IMG/VR virus record: IMGVR_UViG_3300012948_000003
Span: 40,445-104,444 of that record
Reading direction: 5' to 3' (one strand)
Length of the DNA stretch: 64,000 bases
DNA from: a virus
Shown: positions 10,957 to 20,330 of the stretch, one piece after another
Layout: each line of letters opens with the position of its first letter
Numbering within the stretch: the stretch's first letter is position 1
Notes under the pieces: generated by a model
Seen by the model: only the letters and a program-made list of their open reading frames with translations
Database searches by the model: none
What the model was told of the DNA's origin: nothing
Translations under genes and position numbers: made by a program

Positions 10957-11568
10957 TTAACCTGTCGGCTGAGCAAGAGCTTCGGTTGTCTGAGAAGGCG
11001 TTTCCGCTTGTCTTATTACTTCCGCTAGGCTGGATGTTTCTAGCATCATAGCAACGCCTATATCGATCAAGTTGTCATAGAGCTGACCAGCTACAGTCAG
11101 GTTAGCATCAGTGATCTCAGGCGACTGATTAGCGTAGAGCTGCACTGCTGTTTCAGAGGGAATAGCGCCACCGCTATCCCTGACAATTAGCTTTCTGTTA
11201 AACACCGTATAGAAGTAGAAGTCCGAAGTCGGTGGCGGATTCTCTAAGTCGTGCATATTCGGTAGGAACTGAAGCGAGTAAGTTACACTGGTCATTGTTA
11301 TTCGCCAACGCTGCCGGGCTGATTCGGACAACAGAATAACCGGACTTTGCGAAACGAGATCGACCTCTCCGCCGACGAGCGTCAGAGACCATTGGTGAAA
11401 CAGAGTCGGATAGATTCCGTCATCAGCGGCTACGCGATCACCGAGACGCTGCAATGCCGCATTTAACGTACTCTGGATCGCGACTCGCCAGATTCCGGCA
11501 GCAGGCTGCGGTGCGCCCTTCGTTAGCCTGAACCAGACATTGTCAACATACTGTGCGCTTGTAGCCAT
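10957..11568 (-). CDS. Putative head-tail adaptor protein
   Basis: 203 aa; helix-beta-helix layout typical of podoviral adaptors; position. Confidence 0.45.
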   Translation of the reverse strand: MATSAQYVDNVWFRLTKGAPQPAAGIWRVAIQSTLNAALQRLGDRVAADDGIYPTLFHQWSLTLVGGEVDLVSQSPVILLSESARQRWRITMTSVTYSLQFLPNMHDLENPPPTSDFYFYTVFNRKLIVRDSGGAIPSETAVQLYANQSPEITDANLTVAGQLYDNLIDIGVAMMLETSSLAEVIRQAETPSQTTEALAQPTG

Positions 11569-11569
11569 C

Positions 11570-12256
11570 TTATGCCGCCTTTGCTGCTACTGCTTCACTT
11601 GCTGCTTCAAGCGCTCCGATATCGCCAGCTGCGATTGCCTGAAGCATCGCTTGAAACTGCTGTCCCCATGTTCCCTGTGGACCTGCGTTCTCACCTTCGA
11701 CTGGAACTAGCATTGCCATAGCGCCGACCGTCACTGCCCAGCGAGATTCATCGGGAGCCTGACATGCGCTTGTCTGAGTATAGTTCGGAGCTTCTACATC
11801 GACACTGACTGTGCCACCACCGCTCTGTGCGGCAATCGCTGCTCCGTTATGGAATATCCTGCGCCCTTCGATTCGATAGTGCGGATCAAAGTCCAGCGAG
11901 AGCACGTTATCAATCTCGTGCTGAATCTCTGACAACTCCCATGCAACACCTGCTCGTGTTCCCGGTGAGGTACCACCAGTAACCACAAACCTGACGTCTC
12001 CAATCGGACCAGCTGTGCCAGTGATCAATCCGCCATGCGCGACACCAGTCTGGATCGCATAGTACGATGAAGCGCGAGCATTGTTACGGTTCTTCATATA
12101 CGCTGCTACAACAGCATCGTCGGCGCTCAGGACAGCATCGACGATCTGCTGTGTTGCCCAGCGTGGATCGATCACCGTAGCCGAGTAAGCTCCGGGTGTA
12201 CCAGCGTTCAACAGTAGAACGCAGTCAGTACTGACTACCGACAGAGAGACACTCAT
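11570..12256 (-). CDS. Putative virion structural/adaptor protein
   Basis: Likely start MSVSLS at 12256 (ATGA overlap with the upstream gene). Confidence 0.45.
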   Translation of the reverse strand: MSVSLSVVSTDCVLLLNAGTPGAYSATVIDPRWATQQIVDAVLSADDAVVAAYMKNRNNARASSYYAIQTGVAHGGLITGTAGPIGDVRFVVTGGTSPGTRAGVAWELSEIQHEIDNVLSLDFDPHYRIEGRRIFHNGAAIAAQSGGGTVSVDVEAPNYTQTSACQAPDESRWAVTVGAMAMLVPVEGENAGPQGTWGQQFQAMLQAIAAGDIGALEAASEAVAAKAA

Positions 12257-12579
12257 TGTTTCACCTTCGCAACAGAGGACGGCACAACGAAAGCTGTCCC
12301 GCATTCCTTACAGGTCTCAATGAAACATCCAGTCTCTTTCAGGTACTGGACGTGCGCTTCATAATCACTTTGAAAGTCCTGTATCTCGCGTATTGCTGCG
12401 ACTCTGCGACGATAGCGCTCGTCGAACATCGGCGGCTCCCACTCGGAAGCTGCCTTTCCACACTTCGGGCAGGTACCCGGAGCAGCTGGCTTCATAGCGC
12501 CTTCCGGATACACTGTTGTATTTGCAACGTTCAGGAATCCGTCGCCGTGCGGTTCGAGATTTGGATTTTCTTTTGACAT
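12253..12579 (-). CDS. Zn-ribbon protein
   Basis: CPKCG...CKECG. Confidence 0.55.
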   Translation of the reverse strand: MSKENPNLEPHGDGFLNVANTTVYPEGAMKPAAPGTCPKCGKAASEWEPPMFDERYRRRVAAIREIQDFQSDYEAHVQYLKETGCFIETCKECGTAFVVPSSVAKVKQ

Positions 12580-12602
12580 GGTTTTCTTTTAAAAGAAAAT
12601 GC

Positions 12603-12631
12603 TTGACATCAGGGATGTCTCGGGTTACTAT
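12603..12631 (+). promoter_or_regulatory. Sigma70-type promoter TTGACA-N17-TACTAT
   Basis: Consensus -35, 17-nt spacer, 4/6 -10; palindrome immediately upstream (12582-12599). Confidence 0.75.
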
Positions 12632-12725
12632 GCTGCCTACGGTAACGGGCTCCTGATTTTCACAATACAAACGAGCGAAGCTATACCTTGTTCTGTGGAG
12701 CCCGTTGCCTTATAAGGAGACCTCA

Positions 12726-13058
12726 ATGTCCACAATCGGCAAAATCGTTCAAATTGCAACTACTGTTGGGCGCGGCGTACACGGTGAGCCTGCGCTCATT
12801 ATGCATGCGCTCGACGAAAACGGCATCCTTTGGCGGAAGACAGAGTGTGTCAATGCCGTTGATGCGTGGTTCCCTGTCAACCTTTCCACCCCGCCTCTTC
12901 CGGGCGGACCTCTCGGGACCGTCAACAACTACGAGTACGGCATCTATCAGGACGGCGAAGTCTTCATCCAGACCACGCCTGATCAGATGCGAGCCAACGA
13001 CGGCAAGGTCTATTTGACTTACGGTGAACTCCTGTCCTTACTCAGCCTGATCAGCTAA
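12726..13058 (+). CDS. Hypothetical protein (counter-oriented moron-like gene)
   Basis: Preceded by AAGGAGACCTCAATG, the same start motif as the early genes. Confidence 0.7.
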   Translation: MSTIGKIVQIATTVGRGVHGEPALIMHALDENGILWRKTECVNAVDAWFPVNLSTPPLPGGPLGTVNNYEYGIYQDGEVFIQTTPDQMRANDGKVYLTYGELLSLLSLIS

Positions 13059-13387
13059 TGCCGGATTCTCTGTCCAATCTCCGCGAGCTGCAACGTCAGC
13101 GTAATAAGGCACGTCTGCTCTGGCGAGCGGTCAAACGTCTTCAGGGACCCTGCAAAAAAGGTGTTCCCAACCATATTGTCGCACGTAGGAAGATCGGCGG
13201 CATATGGTTTTCAGCAGAGGATCGTGCTGGTTCGCATTGCACCATGTATCTCGACACATCGGGCTGGTGTTCAGTCTGCCTGCGAGCATGGGATCAGTGG
13301 AAGCGGTACTTCGATTCCGTAGAACGTATCCATCGACTTCTGAACGACGACGAACACGGGACCACGATTACTTATAGTCAGTTCTGA
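13058..13387 (+). CDS. Hypothetical basic Cys-containing protein
   Basis: TAATG coupling to the previous gene. Confidence 0.55.
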   Translation: MPDSLSNLRELQRQRNKARLLWRAVKRLQGPCKKGVPNHIVARRKIGGIWFSAEDRAGSHCTMYLDTSGWCSVCLRAWDQWKRYFDSVERIHRLLNDDEHGTTITYSQF

Positions 13388-14129
13388 TATTGCTCGCCCG
13401 GCTCTGTCCGAATACCCGCCTTCGCATTGGCTGCTCTCTCCTGAATCCTTCCCAGCGCTGCGCTTCGAATACCGGGAGCCACTGATCGCACTTCTTCTTC
13501 GCTGTCAACGCAAGGAGCTTTTGTCGTTCGTCTAATCCCTTCGCGGGATCGGCAATCGACGCGAATAAGTTCTGTGCGATATCTGCTATAAGGAAGAAGT
13601 TCTGTTCTTCGATAGGAAATGCCGTTGTATCATCGAAGACAGGCGGAACGATTGATGCACCTCGCGTGTAGTACACTCGATACGTACAGGCTTGCAGATG
13701 TGCCGGGAGCCACGCCATCTTCCAGACTCCTGATTCATTGAAAGGCGCAAATCCCATTGCCACGTGAGGACTCCACCATGAGCCGCCGATTTGAAGCGTG
13801 TCTGGTCCGTGCCAATACATACTTAGCTGCTCCAACTTGATAATGTCTACTGTGCGTCGTATGTGGTACGGATTGTTATCGTCGATGCTATGAATCAGGA
13901 ACGCCTGCTCGAAACCATCGGCAGTAATGTTCATCTCTGTCGTTGGTCCAGCCGGGATATTCATGTCCCAACGACCGATGACCCATGCTTCATTCGTGAG
14001 GTTCAGTAAGGCGCGGTAGTACGATACCACTTGCCAGATTTCCATTAGGATATCTGCGTCGTGGATCACTGCTTCATTCGGCTTACCGAGAGCACGTCTG
14101 ACCTCTGAGATCATCGTCGCAATTTGCAT
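13368..14129 (-). CDS. Putative head-tail connector (tail tubular protein A-like)
   Basis: N-terminus MQIATMISEVRRALG resembles adaptor proteins; RBS AAGGAA. Confidence 0.5.
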   Translation of the reverse strand: MQIATMISEVRRALGKPNEAVIHDADILMEIWQVVSYYRALLNLTNEAWVIGRWDMNIPAGPTTEMNITADGFEQAFLIHSIDDNNPYHIRRTVDIIKLEQLSMYWHGPDTLQIGGSWWSPHVAMGFAPFNESGVWKMAWLPAHLQACTYRVYYTRGASIVPPVFDDTTAFPIEEQNFFLIADIAQNLFASIADPAKGLDERQKLLALTAKKKCDQWLPVFEAQRWEGFRREQPMRRRVFGQSRASNIRTDYK

Positions 14130-14142
14130 AGCGTTCCTTTGT

Positions 14143-14173
14143 AAAAACGGGATAGGCGCGAAGCACCTATCCC
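14143..14173 (-). terminator. Intrinsic terminator
   Basis: Minus strand GGGATAGGTGC-TTCG-CGCCTATCCC followed by GTTTTT. Confidence 0.7.
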
Positions 14174-14322
14174 AGTGATAGTGGTACTTGTCCCTACCTC
14201 ATATGACCGTTCATACAAAGCTGGACCCCGTTTGCTGATGAGTCGTATTGCAGGAACTCATCAAGTTGTGTGTACGCATAAAGAACACCGGACTTGCGTC
14301 CGTCTACCTAGTTACAGGCAGC

Positions 14323-15495
14323 TCATTGATGTTTGGCTTGTATCTTCTCCACCAACGCATCGAGATCGATTTCGGGTTCTCCGTTGTTGCTTTCGACTAT
14401 CGTGGCCGCTGAGGGATCGACAGGACTCGCTGCATCGAGCATTGAGGCTGCTGCTGCTGCTGCGACACGCGGACCAACGATTGAATCCGGTACTGGAGCG
14501 CTCGGTCTGAATTCATACGAGCAGAATCGACACCTGCGCGGAGGTCCACCAGCTATCGTGTTCAAGTATTCACCACACTCGGGGCACTGGACTTTTTCTC
14601 CAGCAGGAGCAGCAGCGACATTTGCTCCTGCAACGCCACCGACAATCTCCCGGACAAGAGTTCGAATCTCTTCGACGCCGATAGGATTCTTTCCAACTCC
14701 CTCCAGTGTACGCGACAATGCGGTACGTTCCGGCTTACGACCGAGCAGCCACATAAGCGTCTGGTCATAAGTGTCGTAGACTTGTTTCTGCCCGGCGCGG
14801 ATCGCTTCCTCTTTCTGAGCAAGAATCGAGTTCGCTTGCGCTTCAAAGATATCGATTGCCGGAATTAGCTTTGACACGATTGCATCGAGCCAAAGTTCCC
14901 TCAGATGTGGCTTTGCGCTCAGAATCGGCATCGCTCGCTCTGCGCTGATATTCGTTGACAGCGTTTCCGCTGCTTCCATCAGCCATTGACGACGCAGAAC
15001 CAGCATTCCACGTTGCTCCAGAATGCTCCTGAACTCGGTCGGAAAGGTCCGCTCAAGAACTTTTGACGGTTCGATCAGCCTGTTCAGCTGCTCGTGCTCG
15101 ACTTCGTTTGTATCAAAGCTCTCGATTCGAGTGAGCCCATGCATGATCATAATCCGATCTGCCAGCAATGTGTCCAGAGTCGTCTGAGCCGGAATCTCGA
15201 TTGACTCGTGCTGATCGGTTGTGATCCCGAAGAAATTCTTGATCTCTCGGGTCTTTCGAGCAGCGCCCTCTGGTAACAGACCTCGCCGGGTCCAGTGCTG
15301 CGTGTTACCAATCGCAAAGACCTCGCCAGCCCGGATCGAGTCAAACGAAAGCGTCATACGTCGCAGGTCATCAATCGACAAACCGGGCAAGTACACATAG
15401 TACGGACCCGGTCCGCTCGTGTTCACGTCTCGCTCGATAATTGTCCGCATCGGCATATCGGGCGGACCTTGTTGTATTACTTCATGAGTCGCCAT
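14323..15495 (-). CDS. Hypothetical protein with C-terminal Zn ribbon
   Basis: 390 aa; CPECG...CRFC; RBS AAGGAG. Confidence 0.7.
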   Translation of the reverse strand: MATHEVIQQGPPDMPMRTIIERDVNTSGPGPYYVYLPGLSIDDLRRMTLSFDSIRAGEVFAIGNTQHWTRRGLLPEGAARKTREIKNFFGITTDQHESIEIPAQTTLDTLLADRIMIMHGLTRIESFDTNEVEHEQLNRLIEPSKVLERTFPTEFRSILEQRGMLVLRRQWLMEAAETLSTNISAERAMPILSAKPHLRELWLDAIVSKLIPAIDIFEAQANSILAQKEEAIRAGQKQVYDTYDQTLMWLLGRKPERTALSRTLEGVGKNPIGVEEIRTLVREIVGGVAGANVAAAPAGEKVQCPECGEYLNTIAGGPPRRCRFCSYEFRPSAPVPDSIVGPRVAAAAAASMLDAASPVDPSAATIVESNNGEPEIDLDALVEKIQAKHQ

Positions 15496-15503
15496 AAGTC
15501 TCC

Positions 15504-15532
15504 TTGCTTTTAAAGTAAATGGTGGTTACTAT
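15504..15532 (+). promoter_or_regulatory. Sigma70-type promoter TTGCTT-N17-TACTAT
   Basis: -10 ends 8 nt before ATG 15541. Confidence 0.5.
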
Positions 15533-15540
15533 TCTTGTAG

Positions 15541-15750
15541 ATGCGCTACACGAAAGCACAACAAGAACAGATTAGACGTGCGACAGAGCGCCTTTTAAAT
15601 CCCGAAGGTCCACTTCCTGAGAAACATACCTGTAGTCACCCCGAACGCGACTGGAACGAACTAACGTACAAGCAGAAGTCTAAGCGAGATGCCTGTGCGC
15701 GTTGCCGCTGGTTCAGACGAGTTGCCCGGCAGCACCGGGTCTATGAATAA
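15541..15750 (+). CDS. Small basic, probably leaderless, Zn-finger-like protein
   Basis: CxH...CxxC; own promoter; no Shine-Dalgarno. Confidence 0.45.
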   Translation: MRYTKAQQEQIRRATERLLNPEGPLPEKHTCSHPERDWNELTYKQKSKRDACARCRWFRRVARQHRVYE

Positions 15751-16597
15751 TGAAGGTGTCTACTCCCTTGCGACTGGTAAACTTTGCCTTATGCGATTTG
15801 TAGGCATCACGGATTCGCAATCTCATTTCCTCGCGTTCTTTCTCGGATCGCTTCTCGTGAGCATCTGCTAGCCGCTTCAAGTTCTGATACATCGTCAATT
15901 CATCGGGAGCCTCGGTCCAATCATGTCGGTAAGGCTCGTCAAGATTCTTTCTCCATAAGCTCTCGACATAAAGCATATCCAGATCGGAAGGTGGACGAAA
16001 GAGACCAAAGCATTTCCGGCGCTCCTCCTTTGCCTTGTCACAACACCTTCGACCGCGTTCGTGTACCCAAATCGGATGAAACCCGAGATAGTAGATTCCT
16101 TCCCGAGGGAAAGCGCCCATGTCAGCGGCGGGATTCCTTACTTCATCAAGTACACGTCTGCGAGCTTCCTCCCACGAACCGATAAGAGTCGGAGCGAACC
16201 ATTGCGAAATCCAGAAACGCGGGATGCCGATCTCTTCTTTGTAAAGCATCAGCGGATACGGAAGACCTGCCACTTCGCCGAGCTTTACTTCGGTCCGAGC
16301 CCGATCCATTGTATTCGATCCTACTTTCAGATCGAACTTACGCGTACGTATCCAACGTCCTGTATCACGATCCGTGTAGTCGATTGCCCACCCGACTTGT
16401 CTATCGCGAGAATAGGCAAGATATTTCAGCGCGGAAGTATAAGGCGTCCACGTTGCAGTTGATCCCCATTCTAGTCGCAGCTTAGGCAGACCGTTTGGTG
16501 TTAATCCGGCTATGCGGACTAACTCACGCTGCCATCGATCTGTGATTGGTGGTGGCGAGAAGTTCTGCTGTGGAGGCCAAATGTCGAGTGGATTCAT
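15713..16597 (-). CDS. Hypothetical protein
   Basis: 294 aa, ATGA-coupled to the glycosyltransferase cluster. Confidence 0.65.
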   Translation of the reverse strand: MNPLDIWPPQQNFSPPPITDRWQRELVRIAGLTPNGLPKLRLEWGSTATWTPYTSALKYLAYSRDRQVGWAIDYTDRDTGRWIRTRKFDLKVGSNTMDRARTEVKLGEVAGLPYPLMLYKEEIGIPRFWISQWFAPTLIGSWEEARRRVLDEVRNPAADMGAFPREGIYYLGFHPIWVHERGRRCCDKAKEERRKCFGLFRPPSDLDMLYVESLWRKNLDEPYRHDWTEAPDELTMYQNLKRLADAHEKRSEKEREEMRLRIRDAYKSHKAKFTSRKGVDTFIIHRPGAAGQLV

Positions 16598-17607
16598 ACA
16601 GCTACCTTTTCTTTTAAAAGAAAACGAGCAAGCAGCTCTGAGTCGTTAGCAGGATCGTATGTTGCTTCAAAGATATCGCGTATCGTCAAACACATTCGTT
16701 CATAGTGGTCTTCTGGCATTTCAGTGATCATCTTCGCTGCTTCCTCTACGGAATGCTTGTCGAGATCGATACAGGAGATGCCGTCGCTCCAGAAGATCGA
16801 AGCACGTTGTCCTTGATAATAGCTGGCGTGACCTATCAGGGGTCTACCTATCGCTGCCCAGCAATGCAAAACATGTCCGAATCCGTCACCTGTCGGCTTG
16901 TCGTGATAGGCCCAGTCAGCAAGCGTCATCTCTTCTGCTATTGCTGCCACTGGGGTCAGGAATCCGTCCGGGCAATCGTGACCATAAGACCGGAACATAA
17001 ATTTAGGCATCAGCGCTCGAAGCCTACAGAACGGTTCCCAGCATTCCGGAATCAATGGAAGCAGATTCAGGAACGATGTCACACGCTGCGTGTATCGCGG
17101 TGAGCGATAACGGAAAATCGAATCGGAGTCAAACTCCTGACTAATATGCAATCCACGTCCGCCGAGAGGTATCATTGTCGAATCAAGCGCGAGTGGATCG
17201 AGCTGCCAGTTCACTGCCTGACGTGCATTACCGATATGATAGAGATACTTTGCGCCGATCTCATTTGCGAAGATACGGAACCCGAGCTGATTCTCCTGTA
17301 CGGTTGCGATAACACAGTCCCACCTCATACTCCGCGCCCGACTAAGAGTAATGCCGTAGATCGGACGTTCAGGGTGGCACGAATCAAAGGTCAGGAAGAT
17401 TCCGGGCTCAATCTCACGGAAAGCAGCGGTATTCAAAAACTGCTTCGCTAATCTATCGTCACCGTATGCCTGACCAAACTTCCAGTAGTCCGCATCCCAC
17501 CAATCGCGACCGACAGGCACATAGAGTCGATAATTCAGTCTGTCTTCGAAGAGCCGCTGTAATGAGTACAGCAAGTCTGCGTGATGTCTATCCGCTAGAA
17601 CATTCAT
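16594..17607 (-). CDS. Glycosyltransferase (GT-B/GT4-like)
   Basis: HDKPTGDGFGHVLHCWAAIGRPLI donor-binding-like motif; likely start MNVLAD. Confidence 0.65.
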   Translation of the reverse strand: MNVLADRHHADLLYSLQRLFEDRLNYRLYVPVGRDWWDADYWKFGQAYGDDRLAKQFLNTAAFREIEPGIFLTFDSCHPERPIYGITLSRARSMRWDCVIATVQENQLGFRIFANEIGAKYLYHIGNARQAVNWQLDPLALDSTMIPLGGRGLHISQEFDSDSIFRYRSPRYTQRVTSFLNLLPLIPECWEPFCRLRALMPKFMFRSYGHDCPDGFLTPVAAIAEEMTLADWAYHDKPTGDGFGHVLHCWAAIGRPLIGHASYYQGQRASIFWSDGISCIDLDKHSVEEAAKMITEMPEDHYERMCLTIRDIFEATYDPANDSELLARFLLKEKVAV

Positions 17608-18611
17608 CCTAAGAATTCCTTCCACTGCTTTGCTATGGTTTCCTTACCGAACAGCTCGATTGCACGAGCACGTTGCGCTGCGGACACCTTTGCGGAGTAC
17701 TCCGATGAAGAAAGTAACTCCACCAGCATATCGTGCGCATTGGTCGGACTATTCGCCCAGTGTCGTGCTATTTCATGTCCTTCGAATAACTGCGGACTGT
17801 AAGGAAAGACCTGCATACGTAACGGACCAATAGAGACAACCGGGATACCAGTCATCATCGCTTCTACCAAACCGAGTGTATAGGCTGCTGGCTGCGTTCC
17901 AGTGTACAAATAGGCTCGATAGAGCCGAAGCGCAGCCTTCATCTCTTGCAAGGAAATCTCACCCGGTCCTTCAATGAACTCCGATCCCGGTCCGATTGCT
18001 TTATGAGGAAGACCACGTGTTGCTTCGTCCCAAAAGCTCCAGTTCGTAAAGGGCTCGCGCTGACGGAGCTGCTGCGTAATATTAATAACGCATTCATACT
18101 CGCCGCCGCCCCAACCTGTCCATTCATCCGGGTCCTTATAGAAACGAATCAATGCGTCACGACCAGCATAGGAAGGGATGTTTTCTTCCTTCGGCGAATA
18201 GCGCACAATCTGTAAGCCTTGCTCGCGGAACGGCTTCATCATTTTCTCGTTGTTCTCTACCGACTGCCCGACTGTTCGCCAGATCACTCGCTTGTGTTTT
18301 ATGCGATCCCACTGCGGGACCAACCACGTATGTTCCCGATGGTGAATGATGATTGTCTCGCACCAGTCGAGTACCGCATCCGGGACGTGCTGCTTCGCTG
18401 CTTCGAGATTGTCAGGAGTTCTTAGTGTATCAACTACCTCCTTCAAGTCGGGATGATAAGGCGCATCAGGTATCGCCGGGCGCTTTGGATCATGCGGCAT
18501 ATGCGGATTAATATAGCCTCCCAGTGAGAACACATCGTAGCCCAGCTCGGATAGAAGTTTTACCTGATCGTATTCTTCTATCGAGTGAGCCAGCATCAAG
18601 AGAACTCTCAT
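17604..18611 (-). CDS. Glycosyltransferase (GT4-like)
   Basis: YTLGLVEAMMTGIPVVS motif. Confidence 0.8.
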   Translation of the reverse strand: MRVLLMLAHSIEEYDQVKLLSELGYDVFSLGGYINPHMPHDPKRPAIPDAPYHPDLKEVVDTLRTPDNLEAAKQHVPDAVLDWCETIIIHHREHTWLVPQWDRIKHKRVIWRTVGQSVENNEKMMKPFREQGLQIVRYSPKEENIPSYAGRDALIRFYKDPDEWTGWGGGEYECVINITQQLRQREPFTNWSFWDEATRGLPHKAIGPGSEFIEGPGEISLQEMKAALRLYRAYLYTGTQPAAYTLGLVEAMMTGIPVVSIGPLRMQVFPYSPQLFEGHEIARHWANSPTNAHDMLVELLSSSEYSAKVSAAQRARAIELFGKETIAKQWKEFLG

Positions 18612-18612
18612 A

Positions 18613-19599
18613 TTATTCCTTCCAGTTGACGAGCGCTTGAAATGCGCTATCCCAGTAGTTGTAATGATCCATACCGAACGACAGGTCCTGAATAAATCGG
18701 CTGAGCGCTTGACCGTAATCGCGATGAAGTTGTTCTATGCCGCCGCGATGCGTTCGCCACGCTCGTCGCCAGAACGCGCAGCGCTTAGGGTAATCCGTGG
18801 TGTCTGTCAGGGCATCTCGCAGTCGTTGCTGGTAAACTGCTTCGGGTTGACCACTAAGAAATTGATTACCGTAGCCGGATGAAAGCGAGCCAACGTGAAA
18901 CCACGGTATATTTCCCCAGTGGGTGATACACCAACCGTCAGCACGATACTGTGGTCTGTGTTCAATGCGTACGCCCATGTCTCGGAGTTGAAAACTGGCG
19001 GACACGAAGGTATCCCCACTGACAGGTTCCACGGGTACATAACCGAGACCTCCTATTTTCTCACCCGGTTTCCAGTTACGAGCATCGAAGAAGTGATCCG
19101 TCTTCAGCAGGATGTCGCGGCTCGCAAACAGGAAGCAAGGCCAGAGCGCATGACCAGTGTCGCCTGATCCATCCGTCGTTGGCGGATCACCCCATTTACT
19201 GTTCGCCGCATCAAGTATCTGAGCACTGGCGCAAGTACGTGGACTCCCGACGACGTCGGCTCTACCGGATTCGATTATCTCGAACGCATCACGAATCGCT
19301 TCTGGTTGCCGCACGTACGCATCGTCTTCACAGAACATTACGTGATCCGCTTTGGTGTTTTCTACCAGCTCAGTGATAATCCTGCCGTGAGCTACGCGGA
19401 TCGGATCGTGTCGTATCATTGTGGCATGTGGCGTTTCGGCAACCAGCTTGTACATGTAATCAATCACTTCAGGATCGGATTGACCACACATAATGACTTC
19501 GAGCTGATCGACTTCATTAGCCCAAACCTCTGCGTAGTTGCGTAGCCAGTAAGCGTTCAGGAACGGGTCCTGACCTAACGGAAGCAGCGCTGCTCTCAT
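18613..19599 (-). CDS. Glycosyltransferase (GT-A/GT2-like)
   Basis: HVMFCEDDAYV (DxD-type) and LWPCFLF motifs. Confidence 0.7.
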   Translation of the reverse strand: MRAALLPLGQDPFLNAYWLRNYAEVWANEVDQLEVIMCGQSDPEVIDYMYKLVAETPHATMIRHDPIRVAHGRIITELVENTKADHVMFCEDDAYVRQPEAIRDAFEIIESGRADVVGSPRTCASAQILDAANSKWGDPPTTDGSGDTGHALWPCFLFASRDILLKTDHFFDARNWKPGEKIGGLGYVPVEPVSGDTFVSASFQLRDMGVRIEHRPQYRADGWCITHWGNIPWFHVGSLSSGYGNQFLSGQPEAVYQQRLRDALTDTTDYPKRCAFWRRAWRTHRGGIEQLHRDYGQALSRFIQDLSFGMDHYNYWDSAFQALVNWKE

Positions 19600-20330
19600 C
19601 GTTTTATCGCCGTGAATCCACCGGGTCCTGCTTCCGGTCCATCGAATGTAATATCATGCGAAGGCTCAAGCAGTGCTCTGAACTGATCTTGAGTTCTGCC
19701 TCCAATCGGATGCCATTCGCCGACAATGATCGACAGGTCTTTTACTGCCGGATCAAGCAACGTAGACCACTCGCCACCTTCGGAGTCGATCTTCACGAGA
19801 CAGAGCGGACCATATTCTTCAACAATCGAGGCAATCGAACGACACGGAATAATGCCCTCTTCGTAAGTAAGACCTTCTCCTGCCGCATCGTACATCAGTG
19901 TCGAATTACCGACGAACGCATGATGCTCAGCATTAGTGTTTCCGCGAAACCGCCAGCGGACTTTTACCGAGTCAATGCCCGGCGCTGCTGATGCTTCGTG
20001 AAGCACCGAGACTCGATCTGTTAATCCATTGGCGTAGATATTCAGCCGGATCATCTCTGCGTTCTCGGGAACTGGCTCCTGACAGATCACTTTCAGCTTT
20101 GGATTGTCGAGCGCTAATGCAATCGCTACCGATCCGACATACGCTCCGATATCAAGCGCAGTCCCTTCCAGCGTCAGCTTACCAACGTGATATTCGTCTA
20201 CTGACATTGAAGAATAAATCGTGTTCCAGTCGTTTGTATCCTTGCGGTAGTGTATCCACGCGGGATTCCACCGGGGCGTCCGGAACTCAGCAGCGGCTTG
20301 AGCATAGTAGAGACGCGGAGTTGCCGTCAT
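19596..20330 (-). CDS. FkbM-family methyltransferase
   Basis: ALDIGAYVG...EPVPEN...LVKIDSEGGE...GEWH. Confidence 0.85.
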   Translation of the reverse strand: MTATPRLYYAQAAAEFRTPRWNPAWIHYRKDTNDWNTIYSSMSVDEYHVGKLTLEGTALDIGAYVGSVAIALALDNPKLKVICQEPVPENAEMIRLNIYANGLTDRVSVLHEASAAPGIDSVKVRWRFRGNTNAEHHAFVGNSTLMYDAAGEGLTYEEGIIPCRSIASIVEEYGPLCLVKIDSEGGEWSTLLDPAVKDLSIIVGEWHPIGGRTQDQFRALLEPSHDITFDGPEAGPGGFTAIKR

